Positions 1-11,071 of a stretch of DNA of 64,000 nucleotides are shown piece after piece. The notes under the pieces are model-generated. The model had not been told where the DNA came from. It saw nothing but the letters and a program-made list of their open reading frames with translations, and searched no databases. A program made the translations under genes and the position numbers. Position 1 is the stretch's first letter. Every line of letters starts with the position of its first letter. Source of the DNA: an uncultured delta proteobacterium (GTDB taxonomy: Bacteria > Desulfobacterota > Binatia > UBA9968); NCBI GenBank assembly GCA_963816145.1, contig CAWFJP010000011.1:465630-529629 (forward strand), written 5' to 3'.

Positions 1-1
1 C

Positions 2-535
2 AATGCGCTCAGCAGCGAGTTAGAATCCGACTATGCCATGGTGTCTAAGGAAAAACATTTGGCGGTTAATTGGCACATGCCGGCCAATCTGCCCCGCATC
101 ACTTGCGACCGCATCAAACTGCGCCAGGTAATAATCAACCTGGTCAATAATGCCATCAAATTCACGGACGAGGGTTCGGTGGACATATTCTTCCGTAGCG
201 TCGCGGACGAACCGTTCTTCGAGGTCTCGGTAGCGGACACGGGCATCGGCATGGCTGATGAGTTTTTGCCACACATTTTCGATAAATTTCGCCAGATAGA
301 CAACTCCACCACGCGAAACTACTCCGGCACCGGGCTTGGGCTTTACCTGGTCAAGGGCTTCCTCGACCTACTGGGCGGGACGATCGGCGTAAAGAGCAAG
401 GTCGGTGAAGGAACGATTTTCACCGTACGGATACCGGTTCGTACGGCGGTTAGCATTCGCGCAGACCAGGGTCTACCGCGCAAGCTATCCACTGGCGGCG
501 ACGTTTCACAGCCATACATTGAAGGAGAGTTGTGA
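2..535 (+). CDS. Sensor histidine kinase, C-terminal HATPase domain (5' end outside window)
   Basis: Frame open from base 2; N box (QVIINLVNNAIKFT), G1 (VADTGIG), F box (IFDKF), G2 (GTGLGL). Confidence 0.93.
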   Translation, partial: NALSSELESDYAMVSKEKHLAVNWHMPANLPRITCDRIKLRQVIINLVNNAIKFTDEGSVDIFFRSVADEPFFEVSVADTGIGMADEFLPHIFDKFRQIDNSTTRNYSGTGLGLYLVKGFLDLLGGTIGVKSKVGEGTIFTVRIPVRTAVSIRADQGLPRKLSTGGDVSQPYIEGEL

Positions 536-1254
536 TGGGACCAATCATCCTACGTAACTTCATGACGGGCTATTCGTCGATGCTCATCCTGATGGTGGCC
601 ATCTCGGGCTATTCGTCGATTCAATTGGGCAAACTCAGCGAATCCGCGAACCTCGCAGTCAACGTCGAACAGCGCATGATCGACCACTCGGAAAAACTCG
701 CCGATGCTTTCCTGTCCGAAGTAAGATACGCGGGCAAATTCATTGTTACCCACGCCGCCGTACACCAAGATCAGTCTAAACAATTCAAAGGTGACTTCGA
801 TCGCTACCTGGCCCAATTAAAGGCTCTACACGGGCCAAAGGATGCGGTTCAGCGCTTGGCTCGCACTGAAGAATATCATGCGCAGTTTTATCAACTGTTC
901 GAGAAGGAAATTGATTACATCAACAACAAGCAGCCCTATGCCGAAAGCCGCTACCGGGAAGAAAGAGAGCGCCTTGTTGATTATTTGCTCAGAGAACTTG
1001 ATGCATTTAAGAACGATCTCCACGAGAGTTTGCAGCAAAGAATCGCGGATATTGAACAGGCAGCGCTCAAAAGCCGAAGGATCACTTTAGGCGCCACTCT
1101 GCTACTGGTTGGTTTGGGCGCTATCTTCGCCTATCGCCTATATAGCAAAATCTCCAGTGAAGGGACGACCTCCAGTGCCGCTCGCGAGAATGCGCTGTTG
1201 GGTGGATGGTTGCGGTCCATGTCCTGGCGGAAAGGGTTTGGTATGTCGAAATGA
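532..1254 (+). CDS. Membrane protein with periplasmic four-helix sensor domain (GlrK/QseE-like N-terminus), no cytoplasmic kinase domain
   Basis: Two hydrophobic segments flank a ~150 aa helical domain, followed by a short cytoplasmic tail; start overlaps upstream stop (GTGATG). Confidence 0.7.
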   Translation: MMGPIILRNFMTGYSSMLILMVAISGYSSIQLGKLSESANLAVNVEQRMIDHSEKLADAFLSEVRYAGKFIVTHAAVHQDQSKQFKGDFDRYLAQLKALHGPKDAVQRLARTEEYHAQFYQLFEKEIDYINNKQPYAESRYREERERLVDYLLRELDAFKNDLHESLQQRIADIEQAALKSRRITLGATLLLVGLGAIFAYRLYSKISSEGTTSSAARENALLGGWLRSMSWRKGFGMSK

Positions 1255-1784
1255 AGATTCGACGATTACGGCGTTATTTGTGGTTTGCGGCACTATTGGG
1301 GTCAGTTTGGATACCCGGCTGCACGCCCTTAAGCGGGGGACCGGATACGCTCGTTCCCGAGGGTAAAAAACCAACCGGGCCCTTCGAGCAAAGCAATGCG
1401 TTATTTTCCCACGGACAATACGAGGCCGCCTACAACGAAAACCAAAAAATACTTCAGGAAGGTCGGGGCGCGCCCGACGTGGCACTGTTCAACATGGGAA
1501 TGATTTCAGCCCATTCGGCAAATCCCAAAAAAAATTATCCACGTGCCCTTGCAGCGTTTCGCACACTCGTCGTGGAGTATCCTCAGAGTCCGATGATCGA
1601 ACCTGCCAAGACTTGGATTCAAGTTCTTGAGGAGTATCAAAAACTGGCCGATGAGAAGCGTGTCCTGATGAGGGAACGAGAAGCGTTGGGGCAAGAAAAG
1701 GACAAGCTCAGGTTTAGCGTCGAGAGGTCACGGCAGGTCGATGTCGATATCGAAAAAAGAAGGCGGGATGCTTTGCGAAAATAG
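1251..1784 (+). CDS. TPR/coiled-coil lipoprotein, QseG/YfhG-like
   Basis: ATGA overlap with previous stop; basic N-terminus, hydrophobic core and IPGC lipobox-like Cys; ALFNMG...NPKKNY.RA...F..LV.EYP.S helical repeat; C-terminal VDVDIEKRRR. Confidence 0.7.
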   Translation: MKIRRLRRYLWFAALLGSVWIPGCTPLSGGPDTLVPEGKKPTGPFEQSNALFSHGQYEAAYNENQKILQEGRGAPDVALFNMGMISAHSANPKKNYPRALAAFRTLVVEYPQSPMIEPAKTWIQVLEEYQKLADEKRVLMREREALGQEKDKLRFSVERSRQVDVDIEKRRRDALRK

Positions 1785-1966
1785 CCATGGGGTGATTATT
1801 CTCGCCGATTTAGCAGATTTGCGGATCGAGGCTAAGTCCTGACTGGTTCTTCTTGTCGATTAACTGCGCCTGCGCACTCAGAATCGGTCAGATCTCCTCT
1901 GCCCGGTACGCGAAAGACTTTTTCCTAGAGTTGGCATACTTCAACGCAGTTTGGTGGGCTCACGCT

Positions 1967-2674
1967 TCATCCTAACCGCAACAGCCGGCCAAAGCCCGGG
2001 ATAGAGTCGCGCATACCCATTCCATGCAGCGCCTCCCGGGTCCACGCCTGGGTGTTGGTGACCACCGGTTTGCCGCTCTCCTTCTCGATCCGCTCGATGA
2101 CTGAAACCGTGCGCCACTTATTGCATGGCATGTAGACACCGTCGACATCGGGATGTTCGCGCAAGAGCGCCATCGACAAATCGTAACCGGTCTCCGGCGC
2201 CAACTGCCAAATCACGTTGGCGTTGGGACAGCCCAAGCCGCGAAACGCGACGACCTCGATACCGTCGTGGGCGAGGAATTTGACCAGCCGCTCGTCTTGG
2301 TCCTCGGGAAACGGCGAAGCCATCACCACACGCTTGAGTCCCAGCGCGCGGCAACCGCGCGTCACTGCGGTCAAAACCGTCGAAGCCGGCGTCGGCGTGA
2401 TCTGTTTGACCAGTCCAAGGATCTCGCGATCCGAACCCGGTCCTTTGTACGAAAGAAACAGCTCGCCAGTCACCATCAAAAAATCCAACGGCTGCTTGAC
2501 CAAGTCGTGCACGAGTCCTTGGAACATTAATTCTGCTCGGTGAAACTCGTCGTCGGTGTACTTGCCGACATGTAACGTCCGTGCTTCGATGCGAATGTCC
2601 TTGGGAAAGATCTTGTAAACATCCGCCAAAGTCTCTTCACTCGAATTCGGTGAAATCAGTCCGATCAGTTTCAT
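1967..2674 (-). CDS. Asp/Glu racemase superfamily protein (maleate isomerase/arylmalonate decarboxylase-like)
   Basis: IGLISP N-terminus, ALG.KRV..ASPF, DGVYMPC, IEKE.GKPVVTNTQA; GGGAGG RBS before ATG 2674. Confidence 0.85.
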   Translation of the reverse strand: MKLIGLISPNSSEETLADVYKIFPKDIRIEARTLHVGKYTDDEFHRAELMFQGLVHDLVKQPLDFLMVTGELFLSYKGPGSDREILGLVKQITPTPASTVLTAVTRGCRALGLKRVVMASPFPEDQDERLVKFLAHDGIEVVAFRGLGCPNANVIWQLAPETGYDLSMALLREHPDVDGVYMPCNKWRTVSVIERIEKESGKPVVTNTQAWTREALHGMGMRDSIPGFGRLLRLG

Positions 2675-2733
2675 TATTGGCCTCCCGGGTTTGCCTCGCC
2701 GTTCGGCGTGATGATTTTTGTTGCTTGCCATGC

Positions 2734-3630
2734 TCACACCAGATTCCGTGTCACATCGTCGAACAAATCGTCCAAGGGGATCTGCGTTGGAATCAATCCT
2801 TGCTGTGTCGAATAGCCAATGATCAGCTCCAGGCTGCGCCGAATGTTCGCCAAACCGAATTGTAGAGGATCGAGCGAAGTTCCTACCGGCGGCATCGCCA
2901 GCTTACTTTCGCGAACCAGCCGGAAGACTTCCTTCACCGCGGATGGATTTGCTTTCGCCAGTGACCCTTTGACCACCAGCATGTGATTGATCGGCAACGC
3001 GCGGTGTTTTTTGCACCATGCTAGGGCGGCGTCATTGGGATTGGCGATCACTGGCTGCAACCGCAAATCTTTGAGATCGGCACCGCCGACCACACCGGCG
3101 TCGATCTCGCCGTCGATGAGCATTTGCACAATCGACTTGCCGGCGGGCGCGCGAACAGCGGTCGGCGGATCGGAATATTCAGCGACGTGGGGGTCTTCGA
3201 AAGTCACCCACTGAATACCGTCCAAATCCACGCCGTGATCATTCTGTAAAACACCGCGAACCCACGCAGCGGTGGTCACCGAGTAAGCGCGAATGCCAAC
3301 GCGCTTGCCCTTGAGATCCGCAGGTGAAATCCGGCGGCGCTCGGCATTGTAAACCAGAAACGGATGCGGCAACGCGCCGACCACCACCGCGGGCAACAAC
3401 ACCAGCGGTTTACCATGCACCTTCGCCTGCAAGAAAGTAACGATCGCCAACTCGGCAACGTCGTACTTTAAATGGCGCACGACATCCTTGAACGCCGTAT
3501 TTGGCACCTTCACATCGGCGAAATCGAATGCGACGCTGGCCGAGCGAATCTCGCCGCTCTTGAGCGCCTTGGTGTTAGGGTAATCGCCGAGCAAGGTGGG
3601 CAAACGTAAAACATTCTCTTCGTGAATCAT
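2734..3630 (-). CDS. 4,5-dihydroxyphthalate decarboxylase-like / periplasmic-binding-fold protein
   Basis: YDVAELAIVTFLQAK, DLKGKRVGIRAYSVTT.WVRG.L, ML.DGEIDA, PINH motifs. Confidence 0.8.
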   Translation of the reverse strand: MIHEENVLRLPTLLGDYPNTKALKSGEIRSASVAFDFADVKVPNTAFKDVVRHLKYDVAELAIVTFLQAKVHGKPLVLLPAVVVGALPHPFLVYNAERRRISPADLKGKRVGIRAYSVTTAAWVRGVLQNDHGVDLDGIQWVTFEDPHVAEYSDPPTAVRAPAGKSIVQMLIDGEIDAGVVGGADLKDLRLQPVIANPNDAALAWCKKHRALPINHMLVVKGSLAKANPSAVKEVFRLVRESKLAMPPVGTSLDPLQFGLANIRRSLELIIGYSTQQGLIPTQIPLDDLFDDVTRNLV

Positions 3631-3781
3631 AAACTCTTCCTTTCCGAACTTTGCGCCTTGGCGCCTTTGCGGGAGAAATTTCCACGCTGCTTTCGACAGT
3701 CGTAACACTGCGGCTTCACGCGGGCAATCGAATTGACAGTTCGGAAGCCAGCGTAATATACCGAGCATGGAGGAAGTCTCT

Positions 3782-5257
3782 ATGTCAGCCAACGATTCCA
3801 AATCCGCCAAAGTCCGAGCGCGGCTCAATCACCCGATCATCGACACCGACGGCCACACCGTCGAACTCACGCCTGTCTATTTCGATTACCTCAAGGAGAT
3901 CGGCGGCGCCGGCATGATCGAGCGCTACAAAAAGGCCGTCGGCAGCCGGGCCAACAACCGCTGGATGGAACTGACCGACGACGAGCGCCGCCACACCCGC
4001 GCGACCTGTCCGCCCTGGTGGGCGCGACCGGCGAAAAATACCTTCGACCGCGCCACTGCATCGCTGCCGCGCTTGCTGTACCAGCGCATGGATGAGCTGG
4101 GCATGGACTTCACCGTTCTCTATCCGACCTTCGGTCTCACCGAACCGCCGCGCATCGAAGAGGAAGAAGTGCGCCGGGTGGCGTGCCGCGCCTTGAATGC
4201 TTTCCACTCGGACATCTATCGCGACTACGCTGATCGCATGACACCGGTGGCGGTGATCCCGGTGCACACGCCGCAAGAAGGCATCGAAGAGTTAACCTAC
4301 GCGGTCCAACACCAGGGTTTCAAAGCCACGGTGATCTCTCATGTGCAACGGCCGGTGCCGAAAATGTTGCAGGAGTACCCAGAGCTGGCCGCCAACATGC
4401 CCTATCTCGATCTGCTCGCTCTCGACAGCGAATATGACTATGATCCGTTCTGGGCCAAATGCGTCGAACTCAAAGTTGCCGTCACCACCCACGCCACCGG
4501 CCAAGGCTGGGGTAGCCGCCGCTCGGTGTCGAATTATATGTTCAATCACATCGGCCACTTCGGCGCCGCCGGCGAAGCGATGTGCAAAGCGCTGTTTTTC
4601 GGCGGCGTGACGCGGCGCTTTCCCAATTTGAATTTCGCTTTTCTCGAGGGCGGAGTGCACTGGGCCTGCGGCGTCTACTCCGACATCGTCGGCCACTGGA
4701 AAAAGCGCAACGCCAAAGCGATCCACGATCTCGATCCCGCCAATATGGATCGCGACCTCATGCGCCGGCTGATCCAGGAGCATGGAAATGCCAAAATGAC
4801 CGCCAAGGTCGACGACATCATGCAATGGCTGAACCAGCCGCAGCGCCATCCGAAGAATCTTGACGACTGGTCGGCATGCCGGGCAGAGAAGCTGGAAGAT
4901 CTGCGCGATCTATTCGTGCCGAATTTTTACTTTGGCTGCGAAGCCGACGACCCGATGGTGACTTGGGCTTTTAACGCGAAAACCAATCCCATGGGCGCCA
5001 AATTGAAAGCGATGATGAGTTCCGACATCGGCCATTGGGATGTCACCGATATGAACGAAGTCGTCGAGGAAGCCCACGAACTGGTTGACGATGGCTTGAT
5101 CACCGAGGACGATTTCCGCGACTATACGTTTACCAACGCGGCCTCACTGTACGCCGGGATGAATCCCGATTTCTTCAAAGCCACCATATGTGAAACCGCT
5201 GTGGCGCGGATGTTAAAAAGCCAGGCTTCGAAGTTGCCGCAAGGGGCTCCAGCATGA
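3782..5257 (+). CDS. Amidohydrolase family 2 protein
   Basis: IIDTDGH metal motif, LYPT.GL, YDPFWAKCVEL, FLEGG, FGCEADD, SSDIGHWD; GGAGG RBS. Confidence 0.9.
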   Translation: MSANDSKSAKVRARLNHPIIDTDGHTVELTPVYFDYLKEIGGAGMIERYKKAVGSRANNRWMELTDDERRHTRATCPPWWARPAKNTFDRATASLPRLLYQRMDELGMDFTVLYPTFGLTEPPRIEEEEVRRVACRALNAFHSDIYRDYADRMTPVAVIPVHTPQEGIEELTYAVQHQGFKATVISHVQRPVPKMLQEYPELAANMPYLDLLALDSEYDYDPFWAKCVELKVAVTTHATGQGWGSRRSVSNYMFNHIGHFGAAGEAMCKALFFGGVTRRFPNLNFAFLEGGVHWACGVYSDIVGHWKKRNAKAIHDLDPANMDRDLMRRLIQEHGNAKMTAKVDDIMQWLNQPQRHPKNLDDWSACRAEKLEDLRDLFVPNFYFGCEADDPMVTWAFNAKTNPMGAKLKAMMSSDIGHWDVTDMNEVVEEAHELVDDGLITEDDFRDYTFTNAASLYAGMNPDFFKATICETAVARMLKSQASKLPQGAPA

Positions 5258-6321
5258 AACGGTGCATCTGGCTATCCATCATTGCTTCATTGCTGCTTTT
5301 CGCGAGCGACCTGCGCGCGCAGAAAAGCCCGGAAGATCTGCTCGAAGAAATCAACCGGCTTCCTGCCAGCGATCGGCAGCGCCGTTTAGAGGATGGCGCG
5401 AAAAAGGAACGCGAAGTGGTCTGGTACTCGACGATGAATCGCGAGGATTCGAACGAGCTGATTCGCGCCTTTGAGACCAACTATCCCTATGTCAAAGTGA
5501 ACTTCGTCACCGCCGGTGGACCGAAAACGTTGAATCGCATCACTGCCGAGTACCGCGCCGGCGCTTATCTCTACGACGCCACCGGCTACCGCGCGACTTT
5601 TCTCACGCCCACTCGCAAAGCCGGCGTCATCATGCGCTACCGCACGCCGCTGCGGGAATTTCTCCGCCCTGGCTTTGTCGATCAAGAGGGATACTTCAAC
5701 GCCACGTTCACGCGCGCTTTCATGTTCATCGTCAACAAGAATCTGGTCGCCGCCAAGGATTACCCGAAATCGTTTGCCAATCTGCTCGAGCCTAAATGGA
5801 AGGGCACGCTCGCCATGGACAACGAGTCCTACGATCTCCTCGCCGCGATGCTCGATCATTACGGCGACAGCGAAGGGCGGCGCATGGCCGAAGCGTTGGG
5901 TAAACAAGAGCCGAGTTTTCGCCGCGGCACGACATTGGTCGGTCAACTAGTCGCCGCCGGAGAATTTCCCGTCATGGTCGACGGCTCGAATCACTTGGCC
6001 TACGAGTTAAAAAGGAAAGGCGCGCCGATTGAATACCTGTTTCCCGAGCCGTTCATCCCGGTGATGATTCCCCAGGGTTTTTGGGTCGCCGCTCGCCCGC
6101 CCCACCCGCACACTGCGGCGCTTTTTGTCGACTTCATGCTGTCGAAGAAAGGGCAAGAGATCATGGCCAACCAGGGCCGCTGGGTAAGCCGCAAAGACGT
6201 CAAGTATCAAGTCGATCCAGGACAGCGTAAACTCCAAGTCGTGTCCCAAGAGAAATGGGGCGAGCGAACCACTGAACTGGTTCAGCTCTACAACCGGCTG
6301 ATCATGCGCGAGGCAAAATAA
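5254..6321 (+). CDS. ABC transporter substrate-binding protein (Fe(III)/thiamine-type)
   Basis: Signal peptide; [37 protein letters not shown]. Confidence 0.85.
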   Translation: MKRCIWLSIIASLLLFASDLRAQKSPEDLLEEINRLPASDRQRRLEDGAKKEREVVWYSTMNREDSNELIRAFETNYPYVKVNFVTAGGPKTLNRITAEYRAGAYLYDATGYRATFLTPTRKAGVIMRYRTPLREFLRPGFVDQEGYFNATFTRAFMFIVNKNLVAAKDYPKSFANLLEPKWKGTLAMDNESYDLLAAMLDHYGDSEGRRMAEALGKQEPSFRRGTTLVGQLVAAGEFPVMVDGSNHLAYELKRKGAPIEYLFPEPFIPVMIPQGFWVAARPPHPHTAALFVDFMLSKKGQEIMANQGRWVSRKDVKYQVDPGQRKLQVVSQEKWGERTTELVQLYNRLIMREAK

Positions 6322-6323
6322 TT

Positions 6324-7118
6324 ATGACCATCCGCAAAGCCCTCACCATCGCGGGCTCGGACTCCGGCGCCGGCGCCGGCATCCAAGCCGATCTGAAAAC
6401 TTTCGCCGCCCATGGCGTCTACGGCACCTCGGCGATCACCGCGATTACGGCACAGAACACCATCGGCGTCAGCGCAGTCATGGCGCTCAAACCCAAACTG
6501 GTCGGCGCGCAGATCGACGCGATTCTTGCCGACATCGGCGCCCATGCGGTGAAAACCGGCATGCTCGCCAACGCCGCGATCATCGAACTGGTGGCGCGGA
6601 AAATCGCCGAGCATCGCTTGAAAAATATCGTCGTCGATCCGGTGATGATGGCGACATCGGGCGATTTGCTGATTCAGAAAAGCGCCGTCACGCTGCTGCG
6701 CGGCAAACTAATGCCGTTAGCGACCGTCGTCACCCCTAACATTCCCGAGGCCGAAGTCCTCACTGGTATGAAGCTTCGAACCGCGGAGGAAATCAAGGAA
6801 GCGGCGCGGCGAATCGTTAAGATGGGGGCAAAAACTGTTCTCGTCAAAGGCGGTCACCTCAAAGGTCCGGCGACGGATCTTTTTTTCGACGGCAAGACAT
6901 TTACCGCGCTCAAAGCCCCGCGAATTCGAACCAACAACACCCATGGCACCGGCTGCACGCTCTCCGCCGCCATCGCGGCTAATCTCGCCAAAGGCCAGAA
7001 GGTCGCAACCGCTGTTGCAAACGCCAAACGCTATATCACCGGCGCGTTGCGCCACAGCTATCGCATCGGTTCAGGTCACAGCCCGGTGCATCATTTTTAT
7101 AAAATTTGGAAAGCGTAA
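6324..7118 (+). CDS. thiD: Hydroxymethylpyrimidine/phosphomethylpyrimidine kinase
   Basis: [50 protein letters not shown]. Confidence 0.97.
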   Translation: MTIRKALTIAGSDSGAGAGIQADLKTFAAHGVYGTSAITAITAQNTIGVSAVMALKPKLVGAQIDAILADIGAHAVKTGMLANAAIIELVARKIAEHRLKNIVVDPVMMATSGDLLIQKSAVTLLRGKLMPLATVVTPNIPEAEVLTGMKLRTAEEIKEAARRIVKMGAKTVLVKGGHLKGPATDLFFDGKTFTALKAPRIRTNNTHGTGCTLSAAIAANLAKGQKVATAVANAKRYITGALRHSYRIGSGHSPVHHFYKIWKA

Positions 7119-7138
7119 CAGGCGATTCTCAGCTTGCC

Positions 7139-7164
7139 AAAATTTGAAATCTGAAATTTGGAAT
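7139..7164. repeat. Short 7-nt-periodic AT-rich repeat (TGAAATY-like)
   Basis: AAAATTTGAAATCTGAAATTTGGAAT between convergent thiD and pyrF; similar run near 49378-49403. Confidence 0.5.
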
Positions 7165-7181
7165 GAATCGCGCCAGCGAGG

Positions 7182-7937
7182 TCATTTGCCGCCAAGCTGC
7201 ATGTCGGCGACGATGGCGCGGGCGGCGGCTACCGGATCTTTGGCTTCGATGATCGGCCGGCCGACGACGATGTAGTCGACGCCGCCGCGCACGGCTTCTT
7301 GCGGCGTCATGACGCGCTGTTGGTCGTTGCGACTGCCATCTGACGGGCGAATCCCCGGCGTGACGATAACAAACCGCCTGCCGCAGGCCTCGCGGATGTC
7401 CGCCACTTCGTGCGGCGAGGCGACCACGCCGTCCATGCCGGCTTCTTTCGTAAGCAAAGCCAAACGCACCACTTGATCGGCGACCTTGCGCTCGACGCCG
7501 ACGCGCTCGAGATCGTCCTGGTTCAAGCTCGTCAGCACGGTGACCGCCAGCATGATCGGCTTGCGCAGATTTTGCTGGCGGCACACCCGCTTCACTTCCT
7601 TGACGGTCATGCGCATCATTTCAAGGCTGCCCGAAGCGTGCACGTTGAACATCTTGACACCGAGCCGGGTCGCTTCGATGGCCGCTTTCGCGACCGTATT
7701 GGGAATGTCGTGAAACTTGAGGTCGAGAAAAATTTCTCCGCCCAGTTCTTGAATCTGCCGCACCGCCTGCGGTCCGGCGTGGGTGAACAGCTGCTTGCCG
7801 ATCTTGAACATACCGACTTCGCCGGCGAGCTGCCGCACTAAGTCGGTGGCTTGTTCGGAGCTGTCGACGTCAAGGGCGACGATCAATCGCTCGCGCATGG
7901 AACCCTGCTTACGTACCAGCTCGAGCTTCGAGGTCAT
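7182..7937 (-). CDS. pyrF: Orotidine-5'-phosphate decarboxylase
   Basis: LIVALD, IFLDLKFHDIPNTV, VTVLTS, VTPGIRP, DQ.RV.TP, VVGRPI. Confidence 0.98.
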   Translation of the reverse strand: MTSKLELVRKQGSMRERLIVALDVDSSEQATDLVRQLAGEVGMFKIGKQLFTHAGPQAVRQIQELGGEIFLDLKFHDIPNTVAKAAIEATRLGVKMFNVHASGSLEMMRMTVKEVKRVCRQQNLRKPIMLAVTVLTSLNQDDLERVGVERKVADQVVRLALLTKEAGMDGVVASPHEVADIREACGRRFVIVTPGIRPSDGSRNDQQRVMTPQEAVRGGVDYIVVGRPIIEAKDPVAAARAIVADMQLGGK

Positions 7938-7940
7938 CGT

Positions 7941-9668
<1,728 letters not shown>

Positions 9669-9713
9669 AGTAACTCGATGGCAAACTGGAATTGGCGAAC
9701 GAGAACGAAAAGA

Positions 9714-10808
9714 TCAGTTGGCCGCCGCCGAGGCCTCAGCGGCTTTTTCCGCGGCGAATTTTTCGACTTCTTCCATCAGCGCGTCGACGATTTGCGCTTC
9801 GGGAACTTTGCGAATCACTTCACCGCGCTTGAAGATGAGACCGATGCCCTTGCCGCCGGCGACACCGAGATCCGCCGCCCGCGCTTCGCCCGGACCGTTG
9901 ACTTCGCAACCCATGACGGCAACGTGAATGTTATGATTGCTGTACGGCAGCATGCGCTCTTCCACGGCTTTCGCCAGCGACACCAGATCGACATCGGCGC
10001 GACCGCAGGAAGGACAGGCGACGAAGGTCATACCGTCCTTGCGCAGCTTGAGTGCTTTGAGAATTTCCAATCCGACGCGCACTTCTTCGACCGGATCGGC
10101 GGCCAGCGACACGCGAATGGTATCGCCGATGCCTTCAGCCAAGAGCGTTCCTAAGCCCACGGCGGATTTGATCGTGCCAATACCGGGAGTCCCCGCTTCG
10201 GTCACGCCGAGATGAAAAGCGTAGTTCACCTGATCGGCGAGCATGCGATAGGCCTCGATCATCATCAGCGGATCGGAAGCCTTGAGCGAAATCTTGATCT
10301 CGGGATAACCGACATCTTCGAGGATATGAATATGGCGCAGCCCGCTCTCCACCATGCCCGCCGCCGTCGGGCCGTTGTACTTTTGCAATAAATCTTTTTC
10401 CAGCGAACCGGCGTTAACCCCGATGCGGATCGGAATCTTGCGCTCCGAGGCCGCCTTGACCACTTCTTCGACGTACTTGCGCGCGCCGATATTGCCGGGA
10501 TTGAGCCGCAGACCGTCGACGCCCTGCGCGATGGCGATGAGCGCAAGCTTGTAATTGAAATGGATGTCGGCGACTAAGGGTATGCGGATTTTTTTCTTGA
10601 TCTCGCCCAGCTGCTCCGCCGCTTCGCGCACCGGCACGGCGCAGCGGACGATTTCGCAGCCGGCCGCTTCCAAAGACCATATCTGCTGCACGGTTGCGCG
10701 TACGTCACGGGTATCGGTTTTGGTCATCGACTGGACGGTGATCGGCGCGTCGCCTCCGACTTTCACCTTGCCCAGCTGAATTTGCCTAGTCTTGCGCCGT
10801 TCAATCAT
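9714..10808 (-). CDS. ispG: 4-hydroxy-3-methylbut-2-en-1-yl diphosphate synthase
   Basis: VQSMT, PLVADIHF, RLNPGNIG, HLGVTEAG, GIGDTIRVSL, ACPSCGR and VMGC Fe-S ligands. Confidence 0.98.
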   Translation of the reverse strand: MIERRKTRQIQLGKVKVGGDAPITVQSMTKTDTRDVRATVQQIWSLEAAGCEIVRCAVPVREAAEQLGEIKKKIRIPLVADIHFNYKLALIAIAQGVDGLRLNPGNIGARKYVEEVVKAASERKIPIRIGVNAGSLEKDLLQKYNGPTAAGMVESGLRHIHILEDVGYPEIKISLKASDPLMMIEAYRMLADQVNYAFHLGVTEAGTPGIGTIKSAVGLGTLLAEGIGDTIRVSLAADPVEEVRVGLEILKALKLRKDGMTFVACPSCGRADVDLVSLAKAVEERMLPYSNHNIHVAVMGCEVNGPGEARAADLGVAGGKGIGLIFKRGEVIRKVPEAQIVDALMEEVEKFAAEKAAEASAAAN

Positions 10809-10814
10809 GGCCCA

Positions 10815-10843
10815 ACTATAGAGAACCGAATCATTGGGGTCAA
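10815..10843 (-). promoter_or_regulatory. sigma70-type promoter of ispG (probably leaderless)
   Basis: TTGACC-N17-TATAGT, 6 nt upstream of the ATG, no SD. Confidence 0.65.
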
Positions 10844-10959
10844 CTTAGACAATTTCCTGACCGAAAAGTCTCTTCTTATCCTTGCCGGATGGGCTGTAAT
10901 CGTCGTCGGCTTTGCCCGCACAAAATTTCTCAGCCGGAGCGTTTCGGATTCGGATATGG

Positions 10960-11040
10960 CTCGCGCAAAGGACGCCAAGATCGCAAAGTTGGGAATTTAC
11001 TTTTCTGTTCCTTCGCGGCCTTAGCGTGCTGTGCGCGGGA
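10960..11040. repeat. Imperfect palindromic REP-like element
   Basis: CTCGCGCAAAGGACGCCAAGATCGCAAAG ... CTTCGCGGCCTTAGCGTGCTGTGCGCGGGA forms an imperfect inverted repeat between jag and ispG. Confidence 0.55.
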
Positions 11041-11071
11041 TATTCGGAATTCCGCTTGCGCCTGCGCTAGG

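Noticed and set aside
1785-1966. Gap after the QseG-like gene where a response regulator might be expected
   Set aside because: No recognisable receiver-domain remnant or RNA motif
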